DNA from: an uncultured bacterium
Lineage (GTDB): Bacteria; Patescibacteriota; Microgenomatia; UBA1400; UBA12108
DNA length: 63,845 nt
Direction of reading: 5' to 3'
Assembly (NCBI GenBank): GCA_903945195.1
Contig: CAJAUT010000019.1
Span: forward strand, 1 to 63,845
Part shown: positions 20,770-30,085 of the stretch, piece after piece
Layout: every line of letters begins with the position of its first letter
Position numbering within the stretch: the stretch's first letter is position 1
Notes under the pieces: model-generated
Told to the model about the DNA's origin: nothing
The model's database searches: none
Seen by the model: the letters and a program-made list of their open reading frames with translations, nothing else
Position numbers and translations under genes: made by a program

Positions 20770-21318
20770 TTATTCCGCAACTATTTGGTCAAGCAAACCA
20801 AGTCTAGCAAGTGTGTGGATAGCTAATTCTTTTTGATTCATACGCTCACTACACAGACGGAGAGTGTAGTATTTTGGATCAGTAAAGTCATTAACACCAT
20901 AAATTTCATCAAACATCTGCATGTTTTGAGCTTCCCTCTCTAGATTAATCTTCCTGGCTTGATTTTTAGTCACATTATCTCTTGGTGCAATTCTAGAAAA
21001 TCTAGTCTTATCCAAACACGCAACATATATTCTATCTGATTCAACTTTGCGCAAAAAGGCATTAACTCCTTGAAACCAACCTTCAATCACTACTTTTTGT
21101 CCAGACATCATGTGTCCATACATGATTTCATCCACTTCTCGATGGAACTCTCTTGGAAATTTTAAAGTATCCTCAAGTGCTATCCCTAGTTCGGCACCTT
21201 TATTTCTAAAATATGGTCCAGCAGTAAATCTCTCTCTTCCAAGCATCCTTGCCACATCCTTGGACAACGTAGTTGTACCCACACCAGCAAGACCAGAAAA
21301 AATGATTACTTCATGCAT
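20770..21318 (-). CDS. Cytidylate kinase-like P-loop NMP kinase
   Basis: SGLAGVGTTT, AG..FR, VIEG and YGV motifs, resembling archaeal-type CMP kinase. Confidence 0.7.
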   Translation of the reverse strand: MHEVIIFSGLAGVGTTTLSKDVARMLGRERFTAGPYFRNKGAELGIALEDTLKFPREFHREVDEIMYGHMMSGQKVVIEGWFQGVNAFLRKVESDRIYVACLDKTRFSRIAPRDNVTKNQARKINLEREAQNMQMFDEIYGVNDFTDPKYYTLRLCSERMNQKELAIHTLARLGLLDQIVAE

Positions 21319-21335
21319 GACAAGGAATTTTACAG

Positions 21336-21629
21336 CTATAGGCCTGGTTTAGCAAATTTATCTCGGTCAATCATATTTCGCCCAGTACCATTACTCGAAA
21401 AAGTATTTACAGTATCAATTTGAATAAGTCCAAGGTCGTGTTTTAATATTGCGATTATTGCAGCATCACAATTATCACAACACGGAAAGAATTCTGGATC
21501 TCCTTTAACATCAACGTCAATTGTATGGGTGGCAGTATTGTTGCAGTGTTTACACTTGGCTGAATTTCGGATGATTGACCAAGCAATATCTCCAGCACGT
21601 CCTTCACCGAAATCTTTTCTATCAGGCAT
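21336..21629 (-). CDS. Small putative zinc-binding protein
   Basis: CKHC and CCDNC motifs. Confidence 0.55.
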   Translation of the reverse strand: MPDRKDFGEGRAGDIAWSIIRNSAKCKHCNNTATHTIDVDVKGDPEFFPCCDNCDAAIIAILKHDLGLIQIDTVNTFSSNGTGRNMIDRDKFAKPGL

Positions 21630-21664
21630 AATTATAGGACATTATACACATCATTTACATATAA

Positions 21665-23539
21665 TCAATCATCTTGAATTTTCATCATTTCTGCTATTTC
21701 TTCAAGTCTTTCCAATCTATCGTGATCCTGCTCACCATGAGTATCGTGCTCACTCATTTTTTTCAAAAATCTATCCAAAGCCAGACGTAACCCTGAGAGA
21801 CTCAATCCTCCCACCGATATACCTATTTCATTTTGCACTTTCTCAGGTAGTGAAAGAAATGATTTTTCTTTCCCCACTTTTACCAAGTGCCAAGCAAAAG
21901 CTTTCGTATCTCCACCCACTTCATCAGACATCACCAAGTCATCCAAATCTTCAGGGATAGTCACATATTGATATGGCTGCAAAATATCACTCAACAAACT
22001 TGTTCCACCAGGAGTCAACTTCCATCGACCTTCTTTTCTTACTGCCTTACGATAAGCAGCGATACATTCTTCTCCCACCTTCATTTTTTCTTCCTTATCT
22101 TTGAACTTAAGCCTCATAGGGATGATTTGGACCGCAAGTCCTTCTCCCATGCCATTTTGTTGCAGAGCACTCACTACAGTTGCATTCGATACAAACACCT
22201 GCTCCCCGCTGATAAGTCGATCTATTTGTCTTAAAGCCTCATTCTCGTCGTCTGGTCGCTCTATTGCTTCAAATTCTTTTTTCTGCTCGTCCCAGAACAG
22301 GATGATTTCATCCATCGCCACAACCATTCCGCTATGTTTGTGCCCAGAATCAACATTGTCATGTCTCAGATCCAACCTAGCTTCTTTGCCCTCTACCACT
22401 CTTGCTTGAAAATCAAATATATCAATTGGTTTATTATGCTTTTTTGCCCAGTTTTCATACTGCTTCCATCGTAGTTCATCATCTACTTCGCCAAGATTTT
22501 CAAATTCCAGACCCACATATTTCGCAAGAGCACGTAAGCCCTCAAATCTAAAATTACTACCACTAGGCACAACAAGCTCACGTATATCTGTATCTATTAG
22601 TTTAGAAAGTGTATCTCTCCATTCTGGTTGCAAAAAATAATGGCGGTAGTCAGCCATCCTAGCATCATGGTGAAACCTGTATTCATTATCGTCATATAGC
22701 CATTTTATTGCCCCTACAGCATAAAGACCGTCATAAGTATGATCTCTATCACTTGGCCCAAGCTCAACCAGACCATCTGGTCTTACATATATCGCCTTTG
22801 GGCTACTACCATTTGTCCCGTAGGGACTCTCATGCGCTTTTGACAAGCGTGACTCACCAAGTCTGGGGTTACTCATCAAATCTTTCATTTGGGATTTGCC
22901 GATAGGGCCTACCCCTTTTCTAAAGCGTCTTGCGAATGTATCAAAATCCTCCCCAGACCCCAATTTTTGTATCAATAACCAAGAATAAAAATGTGGATAA
23001 TGTTGCTCGTTCAAGGCGTTCTTCTCAATTATTGCCTCGGCCAAGTCGACACCCATACTACTTAAATCTGCTCTTATGATCTTCAAATCATCTCTAAATT
23101 TTGCTCTATTTCCAGTCAGGGGAACTTCATCAAAGTCTCCTCTCCATAAACTCGCCACCCATTCAGGGGGATAACCTTGTAGTTTTAATTCTGATCCAGC
23201 CACAATGGCTACGTCAGCTGCCTCACTTGCCACAGTCCAAATCTGTTCAAATAGCGGGTCATCATGCCAATTTACCCTATGATCACGACCACTTATGTTA
23301 ACCCAGTAATCACTCTTTGCCTCTTTATATTCCTCAATTTCTCCATCATATACAGTATCCGACTCTGGAGAGCCTTTTGCTGTTATATACTCTACTCTTT
23401 CGTCATACCACCGAAATACTTCTCTAGCTGCAAAGTCAAAATTTCCCTCCAAAACAGTTGTTTTTTCTGCAGAAATATTGATAAACCGCAAATCATACTC
23501 TGTTAAAGGTCGCTCCAATATCTCCATCTGTAAAACCAT
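21665..23539 (-). CDS. Large protein with unknown N-terminal domain and divergent C-terminal Maf-like domain
   Basis: LVVPSGSNFR...GKEA...VVAMDEI...ERPDDENEA...ISGE parallels the order of Maf motifs. Confidence 0.55.
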   Translation of the reverse strand: MVLQMEILERPLTEYDLRFINISAEKTTVLEGNFDFAAREVFRWYDERVEYITAKGSPESDTVYDGEIEEYKEAKSDYWVNISGRDHRVNWHDDPLFEQIWTVASEAADVAIVAGSELKLQGYPPEWVASLWRGDFDEVPLTGNRAKFRDDLKIIRADLSSMGVDLAEAIIEKNALNEQHYPHFYSWLLIQKLGSGEDFDTFARRFRKGVGPIGKSQMKDLMSNPRLGESRLSKAHESPYGTNGSSPKAIYVRPDGLVELGPSDRDHTYDGLYAVGAIKWLYDDNEYRFHHDARMADYRHYFLQPEWRDTLSKLIDTDIRELVVPSGSNFRFEGLRALAKYVGLEFENLGEVDDELRWKQYENWAKKHNKPIDIFDFQARVVEGKEARLDLRHDNVDSGHKHSGMVVAMDEIILFWDEQKKEFEAIERPDDENEALRQIDRLISGEQVFVSNATVVSALQQNGMGEGLAVQIIPMRLKFKDKEEKMKVGEECIAAYRKAVRKEGRWKLTPGGTSLLSDILQPYQYVTIPEDLDDLVMSDEVGGDTKAFAWHLVKVGKEKSFLSLPEKVQNEIGISVGGLSLSGLRLALDRFLKKMSEHDTHGEQDHDRLERLEEIAEMMKIQDD

Positions 23540-23649
23540 ACAAACCACTATACCTAGTGTGTATGTATCCCTACAACCACTATAAATACATCAAAAGGGA
23601 CCAATGTTATTTCCCGCCCATCACAACAAGTCATGTTAGTATTAAATAT

Positions 23650-25050
23650 ATGAAAACCTTCTATATCCGCCTCCAGATCCTCCTCATTATCATCCTTGTC
23701 TTTAGTCCTCTCCTTTACCTAGGTTATAAAAAATTATCTCCTCAACTAGATCTTTATCTATATGACTTGTCAGCACAACAAACTATCTACCCCATTTCTA
23801 CCCTTCATACTCAGGATACAAAAATCCTAAATGACAAAAATGAACCAATCCGCCTCAGGGGGGTCAATCTTATCAGCACCAATTGGGGAGATAAGTATAA
23901 TGATTGGAATCCCAAGGCCATCGAGCATGCCGCCAAAAACTGGCACATCAATGTCATTCGCACTCGCATCTACGAACATGAATACGTCGAAAATCCCGCC
24001 AAATTCTTTTTAAACCTGGAAACTCAAATCCTAGATCCTGCTCGTAAAAATGGACTCTACGTCATCATACATCCTTGGTTTGGCGAAAATGATTCCTTGC
24101 CAGACAATGAAGGCATCAAAATGTGGCTATCTATAGCAAATAGATACAAAAACGATCCTCATATCATCTACGATCTCCTAGCAGAGCCCAGGGACACCAC
24201 CTTTGACACTGTTTTTAATACTTACACTTCGCTCATTCCTAAAATCAGATCCATCTCCCCAAACTCTCTCATCATGGTCACAGGGCTAGATTGGGGTCGC
24301 GATATCAATGCATATCTAGACTCTCCTCTCCCCTATACAAATCTGGTCTACCGGGTAAATCCCTACAACAAGACTGCCGAGTTCCCAGGACTGTTTGGCA
24401 AGATCGCAGAGAAATACCCCGTCTTCTTTGGGGAGTTTGGCACCGAAGATAAGCTCAGCATGACAATCCAAGATGTCCAAAATGTCATGGCATATGCAGA
24501 CAAGCTCAGTATCGGCTGGACTGCCTGGCACTTTACAAGTAGCGGCTGTCCTTGCTTACTATCAAACGAACTCGACTTTACCCCTACACCCTACGGTGAT
24601 CTGGTAAAAGCCAATCTAGCAGGCACCACTTGGCCATTTACCCTACCCACTTTTGACACAGATCCAACCAAACTATATGTCTATTCTGATTTCCTAGAAT
24701 CAGGCTTCTCTGACTACTCATGGGGAATTTCCAACCAACTAGGTACTACTATCAGCACCAATTTCCACAATGGTGCTGGCATCTACTTTAGTACTCCTCG
24801 TCGTATAGACCCAAAGACCTTCAAATCCTTCGTTCTAACTATCGACAGTAAAGAAGCAGGCAAGTTCTCCCTAAGGTTCAAATCATGGGACAACAAATTA
24901 TCCAATAGTTATTTACTCAAGAATGGCCCAAATGCCATAGGGATCTCGGATATCCAACTCGATTCCATATCTGGAATATTGATCGAATCAAATGAGACTA
25001 TCCCAGACCCTACTATCCTAAAAATTGACCATATTTATTTTCGTAAATAG
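23650..25050 (+). CDS. Membrane-anchored glycoside hydrolase family 5
   Basis: IRLRGVN, LAEP (acid/base), FFGEFG (nucleophile) and GWTAW; N-terminal TM. Confidence 0.85.
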   Translation: MKTFYIRLQILLIIILVFSPLLYLGYKKLSPQLDLYLYDLSAQQTIYPISTLHTQDTKILNDKNEPIRLRGVNLISTNWGDKYNDWNPKAIEHAAKNWHINVIRTRIYEHEYVENPAKFFLNLETQILDPARKNGLYVIIHPWFGENDSLPDNEGIKMWLSIANRYKNDPHIIYDLLAEPRDTTFDTVFNTYTSLIPKIRSISPNSLIMVTGLDWGRDINAYLDSPLPYTNLVYRVNPYNKTAEFPGLFGKIAEKYPVFFGEFGTEDKLSMTIQDVQNVMAYADKLSIGWTAWHFTSSGCPCLLSNELDFTPTPYGDLVKANLAGTTWPFTLPTFDTDPTKLYVYSDFLESGFSDYSWGISNQLGTTISTNFHNGAGIYFSTPRRIDPKTFKSFVLTIDSKEAGKFSLRFKSWDNKLSNSYLLKNGPNAIGISDIQLDSISGILIESNETIPDPTILKIDHIYFRK

Positions 25051-25059
25051 TCCTATAAC

Positions 25060-25088
25060 TTGACATTTCCCCACTTCAATGCTAAGAT
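25060..25088 (+). promoter_or_regulatory. Sigma70 promoter TTGACA-17-TAAGAT with extended -10 TG
   Basis: TTGACA at 25060-25065, 17-nt spacer, TAAGAT at 25083-25088. Confidence 0.8.
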
Positions 25089-25094
25089 CCGAGA

Positions 25095-25460
25095 GCTTTA
25101 ACAGGCTCATTGGTTACTCACTTTTTTTACTTCAGAACCAGCATGTTAAAGCCAGAGGCGAAGGGGCCCCTGTTAAAGTTTTTGGCAGTTTTATTACTAC
25201 CAAAATCTTAGGCCCCTTCACCTCTGATCCAAAAGATCAGACTCGTCAAAGGTGACTGTGTGACATTGCGTCACAATAGTCGCTCACAAACGAGGCACTT
25301 TAACAAGCAAATACGTACAAAATGTTTTTGTCATGGATTTCTCCATATCTGGAGGACTCCCCAAATAGCGGATAAATTATTGTCCCTTATTTAAGGAGTC
25401 TTTCAGACTTCCCACGGCACGGAACCGTAAAAAAACCGAATCTTCTCAAGGAGAACACCC
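25095..25460 (+). ncRNA. Highly structured 5' leader RNA (unclassified) with boxA-like motif, pairing with the downstream trailer
   Basis: Helices 25095-103/25144-152, 25153-168/25211-226 and 25348-360/25395-407; pseudoknot 25171-179/25297-305; long-range helix 25305-318/26346-359. Confidence 0.6.
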
Positions 25461-26276
25461 ATGAAACGTTTTATCCCCCTGTTGATCGCGCTCGCTTTGA
25501 TCTTGACCGCGTGTCAACCCAAGCCCACATCTGCTCATGATATAGCCGTAGAATTGGCGACTATTCAAGCTGCTGCATTCACGCCCGTAGTGGTGTCGAC
25601 CCCCACAAATCAACCCCTCCCGACCTTCACGCCGACCAACACGCCGATCCCCGCCCTCCCAACCTTCACCCCCGTCCCCACCGCCACCACAATTCCATCA
25701 ACGCCTCAATCAGGCTACCAGCTCACCACTGGCAATGTCTGTATCACCGGCGGCGGGAACGAAGGAGTGGAAGGCAACGCTGAGTTGATCTGGGTGGAAG
25801 ATGTGACTTCGTTCAAAGCTGGATTACACTATCAGCATAAATGGACAGAGGTCTCTAACATCACTGTGATCGGCACCACCACCCTCAATCCGACTTGGGA
25901 AGGACTCAACGATACAGCACAATTCAAGTCCTGTTGGGACACTACCTCGCAAAGCTGGAAAGGCTGGATGTTTGATCGGAATGCCGACTCAAAATTCCCA
26001 TTTTGGGTAGGTATTAGTTTTAGCCAGTGGCTATCATCATCCACCATTGCGGTGAATGAACACGATGTCAACAACCTCGGAGCTGGCAAATACGCTGAAT
26101 ATGGGACTACCTATACTTTCGCCGAAATGCGACTGTTACCGGGAGCCTCCGAAATTTCAGCACACATAGACGCCGCCGAAGCGCTTGCCAACCAGATTTC
26201 CGCCGGGCAGATCTACATCCCCATTAACTATCAGACTTGGTCTGGACAATGGGTGTTGATGGCATTTCAGAAATAG
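25461..26276 (+). CDS. Lipoprotein with Pro/Thr-rich linker
   Basis: Signal peptide with LTA-C lipobox, PT repeats, AAGGAG RBS. Confidence 0.8.
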   Translation: MKRFIPLLIALALILTACQPKPTSAHDIAVELATIQAAAFTPVVVSTPTNQPLPTFTPTNTPIPALPTFTPVPTATTIPSTPQSGYQLTTGNVCITGGGNEGVEGNAELIWVEDVTSFKAGLHYQHKWTEVSNITVIGTTTLNPTWEGLNDTAQFKSCWDTTSQSWKGWMFDRNADSKFPFWVGISFSQWLSSSTIAVNEHDVNNLGAGKYAEYGTTYTFAEMRLLPGASEISAHIDAAEALANQISAGQIYIPINYQTWSGQWVLMAFQK

Positions 26277-26284
26277 TATTAAAA

Positions 26285-26403
26285 ACAAAAACAAATAGGA
26301 CCGGGTCGGGCCACTTCACCTTTGAGGTGGCCTGACCTTCTGGTCGTACGTATTTGCTTTTGTTTTCAAGTTTATAATTCACTTTATAAGTTTGAAAGCA
26401 AAA
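26285..26403 (+). other. Structured 3' trailer: two long G-U-containing hairpins and segments complementary to the leader
   Basis: 15-bp helix 26304-318/26323-337; 20-bp helix 26358-377/26384-403; 26285-293 pairs with 25323-331. Confidence 0.65.
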
Positions 26404-26431
26404 CAATTAATCGCTATAAACTAGCATCAAT

Positions 26432-27766
26432 ATGAGGCAAACACTGCAGTACCTCACAGGCTCCCTCTTCGCTATAGCCATCCTGCTATTTATCTTTGTC
26501 GTGCCCTCACACACTTCTCTCCCCATCTTTATCCTCTTTATCACCTTGTTTCTCCTGATCCAGGGTTACTTGGCCACCCGCTCTATGCTATTTGGGTTCA
26601 ATCATCGCCCTGCAGCTAGCATACCTCCACACGCAGCTACTCGCAGCTTCACACTCATCGTCCCAGCTCGGGATGAATCAGAGGTGATCGGCCATACCAT
26701 CAATACCTTGTCTGCGCTTGAATACCCCAGAGATCTCTACGAAGTCCTCGTCATGATCAGAGCCGATGATTTTGCCACTATTGCCGCTGCCTCACGCGCT
26801 ATTTCAGACTCGGGAGCTGACAATATCAAAGTAGTACAAGTAGACGGAGATGCAAACAACAAGTCCTACTCCCTAAACATCGCGCTTCATGTAGCTAAGC
26901 ATGAAATTATCGGCATTTTTGACGCCGAGGATGAGCCCCACCAGACAATCTTGCAGAGAGTCAACGACTTCATGCTCGCCCATCCAGATTCACTAGCAGT
27001 CCAGGCACCAGTACACCTAGTCAATCTAAATAGTTCTTGGTTTAGCAGCTTGAGCGCGATCGAGTATTACTACTGGTTTACCTCCTCCCTACCCTTTTTT
27101 GCTACCAAAAACATCGTACCTCTAGGTGGCAACACTATCTTCACAAAAAAAGAAATCTACCAAAAACTGGGCATTTACGACGAATCATGCCTGACTGAAG
27201 ACGCTGATCTAGGTATCCGCCTGGCCGTACAAAATATCAAAGTCGGCATAATAGAAGATCTCTCTATAGCTACCCTAGAAGAATCGCCAACAAATGAACT
27301 CGAAGTCATCCGCCAAAGAGCCCGCTGGGACCAAGGATTTTTCCAGATCATCGAAAAATCGGACTGGACTGGCTTGTCAAAAAATCAAAAGTTTTATGCG
27401 CTCTACATCCTGACCCAGCCTATCTTCCGCCACTTGAGCTTCCTAAACATGGTCTTTGCCCCACTCCTGGCAGTATATGGCACTATCCCATTTTGGATCG
27501 TATTTGTCTCGTTTATACCTGGATATTTCCTCATACTTCAACTAGGTCTTTATCTACTTGGGTTATCAGCTTTAGCTAAACAGCATCAAATCAATATCTC
27601 TCCTTGGCGTTATGTGACCACACTCCTTGCCTTTATCCCTTACCAAGCCTTACTTACTCTTGCCACGCTCCGTGCTATGGGCAAGATGATCATTGGAGAT
27701 AACTCTTGGGACAAAACCGATCACAGCAATTCACACCGCAAAGGCCTTGCTATACTAAATTCATGA
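26432..27766 (+). CDS. GT2 family processive-type membrane glycosyltransferase
   Basis: VPARDE, FDAED, LTEDADLG and RQRARW motifs; TM helices. Confidence 0.9.
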   Translation: MRQTLQYLTGSLFAIAILLFIFVVPSHTSLPIFILFITLFLLIQGYLATRSMLFGFNHRPAASIPPHAATRSFTLIVPARDESEVIGHTINTLSALEYPRDLYEVLVMIRADDFATIAAASRAISDSGADNIKVVQVDGDANNKSYSLNIALHVAKHEIIGIFDAEDEPHQTILQRVNDFMLAHPDSLAVQAPVHLVNLNSSWFSSLSAIEYYYWFTSSLPFFATKNIVPLGGNTIFTKKEIYQKLGIYDESCLTEDADLGIRLAVQNIKVGIIEDLSIATLEESPTNELEVIRQRARWDQGFFQIIEKSDWTGLSKNQKFYALYILTQPIFRHLSFLNMVFAPLLAVYGTIPFWIVFVSFIPGYFLILQLGLYLLGLSALAKQHQINISPWRYVTTLLAFIPYQALLTLATLRAMGKMIIGDNSWDKTDHSNSHRKGLAILNS

Positions 27767-29733
27767 AAAAATATTTTTTACCTACACTCATTTTTTTCAT
27801 TGCAGCCTCCGTTGCGCTGTTCAATATCTCAGGTTTCCCCAAAATGATCGGTGACGAAGGTATCTACGTCTCACAAGCCTATTGGCTCTCTCATTTTGGC
27901 CATCTTGGGCCTTATACCTACTGGTACGACCATTTCCCTCTTGGCTGGGCCCAGATAGGCTTATGGCAGCTCCTCACAGGTGCCACTGGGTTCTTTAGTA
28001 GTGCAGTGCTCTCTGCTCGTGTTTTTATGGGTTTGGTACTAGGTGGCACCACCACTCTCTTATATCTGCTAGCCAATAAGCTCACAAATTCCAAGATATT
28101 GTCATTTACCTCGGTCTTCATATTTATCATGAGCTCGCTCACTCTTACTTTTGGGCGGATGGTACTGCTCGACAATTTAGCCATTTTTTGGTTTTTACTC
28201 AGTCTGCTGTTACTCATAAATAATCCCAAACAGATCAAGAACCTTGCTCTTTCAGGACTCGCATTAGGTCTTAGCATTCTGACCAAAGAGTCACTACTGT
28301 TCTTTTTGCCACCCTACCTATATCTGGCTTACTACTTAAATAAAGACAACATTCACTCTAAATATGCCCTCCTAGTCAGCTACGTCACCATCTTTTTTAT
28401 CCTAGGCTTCTTCCCGCTACTAGCAATTCTAAAAAATGAATTTTTGCCCCAAGCAAATCAGGTATCACTTCTGGGTACAATCCTATTGCAAGCAGGCAGA
28501 GGCTCTGAAATACCATTTTATCTCGAGGGTTCACACTTCCGCCAGATGCTTAGTGTCTGGCTTAGCATCGACCCAATATTGCTAATTGTAGGTAGTATCT
28601 CGACTATAGCCACGTTATTGTTTGGCAAAGCACTCACTCGCATCCTCAGTCTCTTTACTATCTTTTTTACACTATTTCTTGTTCGTGGAGGTCAAATATA
28701 TGACTTTTATCTGATCCCACTCTTACCGCTTTTTGCTCTCAACTTCGCTCTCTTTTTACACAATCTTGCTCCTTTCAAAAAGGTATATTTTCTCAGTTTC
28801 CTCTTTACTTTGATACTTGGATTCTACGTAGCGACAAACTCTCTCTACCCTTGGACTTCACAAGCCACATCAGCCCAAAAAGAAGCGATAGATACGCTCA
28901 TAGATCTCGGGCCAAAAGCAGTCATTGCCGCTCCAGACTATACTTTTCTAGATGTATATCTATCTGATCCATCCACCTCTATCAGCTGGTACAGAAAAGT
29001 AGAATCAGATCCAGCAGTCAGATTTTCTGTGGGTAAGGTGACAAATATTCTTACAGACAACCAATTCGACAACGAACTCACCGGAGGTGAACTACCATAC
29101 CTTAAATCTCTCATCCAAAACAATAAACCCGCTGCCAAATTTGGAAGCCTTCTCTCTCCAGGAGAAATCACAAGACCTTACACCCAAGAATTCTTAAATC
29201 TCTACAACCTCGAAGCACAAAATAATACTGTCGAAACTATCATCTCCTTGCAAACCATAGATTCAAACTCTCTATCAAGTTACCAGGCAGATCCCCCACA
29301 CGCAATTCTAGTTAACAAAGAGAATTTTAGTAGCTCGCTAGATCTGCAAAACAAACTCCTGCTTATCAAAACCATATTGCCTACAACCGAGATATTAGTA
29401 TCCCAAGATAGCGAAGGTCACAACACCATACCCTGGATAAGCACCAACGCCCGTAGTTTTTTCAAATCAAAAAATGAGGCCATAGATGCCACACTGCGCA
29501 AAACAGAAGCGTTAAAAGGACTTGGTTTTACTAGTGTCATAGTCGCAACTACTAAAAACGATGATGGATATCTAGATTCTATTCTCACAGCCACAAAATC
29601 CCATCTCATCCCATATCTCTTCTACACTGTCACAATCCCAGAATTTGCAGAAAATGTCATTGTAAGCACGGAATCTGATCTAGAAACACTAAAAAAATCC
29701 AACTTTGCCGGAAATATCTATCTTACTGATTAA
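27763..29733 (+). CDS. GT-C (ArnT/PMT-like) glycosyltransferase with degenerate C-terminal GH3-like domain
   Basis: GDEGIY, YDHFPLG and TKE motifs with many TMs; ATGA overlap with the GT2 stop; C-terminal EILVSQDSEG. Confidence 0.8.
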   Translation: MKKYFLPTLIFFIAASVALFNISGFPKMIGDEGIYVSQAYWLSHFGHLGPYTYWYDHFPLGWAQIGLWQLLTGATGFFSSAVLSARVFMGLVLGGTTTLLYLLANKLTNSKILSFTSVFIFIMSSLTLTFGRMVLLDNLAIFWFLLSLLLLINNPKQIKNLALSGLALGLSILTKESLLFFLPPYLYLAYYLNKDNIHSKYALLVSYVTIFFILGFFPLLAILKNEFLPQANQVSLLGTILLQAGRGSEIPFYLEGSHFRQMLSVWLSIDPILLIVGSISTIATLLFGKALTRILSLFTIFFTLFLVRGGQIYDFYLIPLLPLFALNFALFLHNLAPFKKVYFLSFLFTLILGFYVATNSLYPWTSQATSAQKEAIDTLIDLGPKAVIAAPDYTFLDVYLSDPSTSISWYRKVESDPAVRFSVGKVTNILTDNQFDNELTGGELPYLKSLIQNNKPAAKFGSLLSPGEITRPYTQEFLNLYNLEAQNNTVETIISLQTIDSNSLSSYQADPPHAILVNKENFSSSLDLQNKLLLIKTILPTTEILVSQDSEGHNTIPWISTNARSFFKSKNEAIDATLRKTEALKGLGFTSVIVATTKNDDGYLDSILTATKSHLIPYLFYTVTIPEFAENVIVSTESDLETLKKSNFAGNIYLTD

Positions 29734-29999
29734 CCTAGGATATAAGATCTAAAAGTTAGTTTATACAAAGTAGTAGTTACAATTGCTGCCATAGCAATAC
29801 TTGCAAGTACCATAAGTCCTTGATTATCACCATCACCTGTCTCTGCATATTGCTGAACTGTTTGATTTGCAGTTGTTTCTCCACACACTTCCCCACCACC
29901 ATAAGAGTTAGTTGAGTTTGAACATGTGCGAGCAGTTTCGGCCTTGGCTTGACCTGCTAAAAGAAATAGTAAGGCGGCGATCAAAAACATCTTTTTCAT
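29730..29999 (-). CDS. Small secreted putative sortase substrate
   Basis: Signal peptide, YAETG motif, then TM helix and basic residues; adjacent to a sortase. Confidence 0.7.
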   Translation of the reverse strand: MKKMFLIAALLFLLAGQAKAETARTCSNSTNSYGGGEVCGETTANQTVQQYAETGDGDNQGLMVLASIAMAAIVTTTLYKLTFRSYILG

Positions 30000-30006
30000 A
30001 CTCGCT

Positions 30007-30035
30007 ACTATACCACCCTATAATCATTTTGTCAA
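30007..30035 (-). promoter_or_regulatory. Sigma70 promoter TTGACA-17-TATAGT, start near the ATG
   Basis: Consensus hexamers with 17-nt spacing, 7 nt before ATG 29999. Confidence 0.75.
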
Positions 30036-30085
30036 ATATCTATAGGTCATATTTCCAGAGTAAGCACAAGTTTATCTAGGACAAA

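Noticed and set aside
26200..26345. DGR target gene (lipoprotein followed by a hairpin)
   Set aside because: No template repeat differing at adenines and no RT or Avd gene is visible in the window; a remote DGR cannot be excluded.
25095..26403. Group I or group II intron, RNase P, tmRNA or retron as the identity of the structured region
   Set aside because: There is no interrupted host gene, no convincing P7 or domain V consensus, no GAGGAAAGUC or tRNA-like ends, and no reverse transcriptase in the window.
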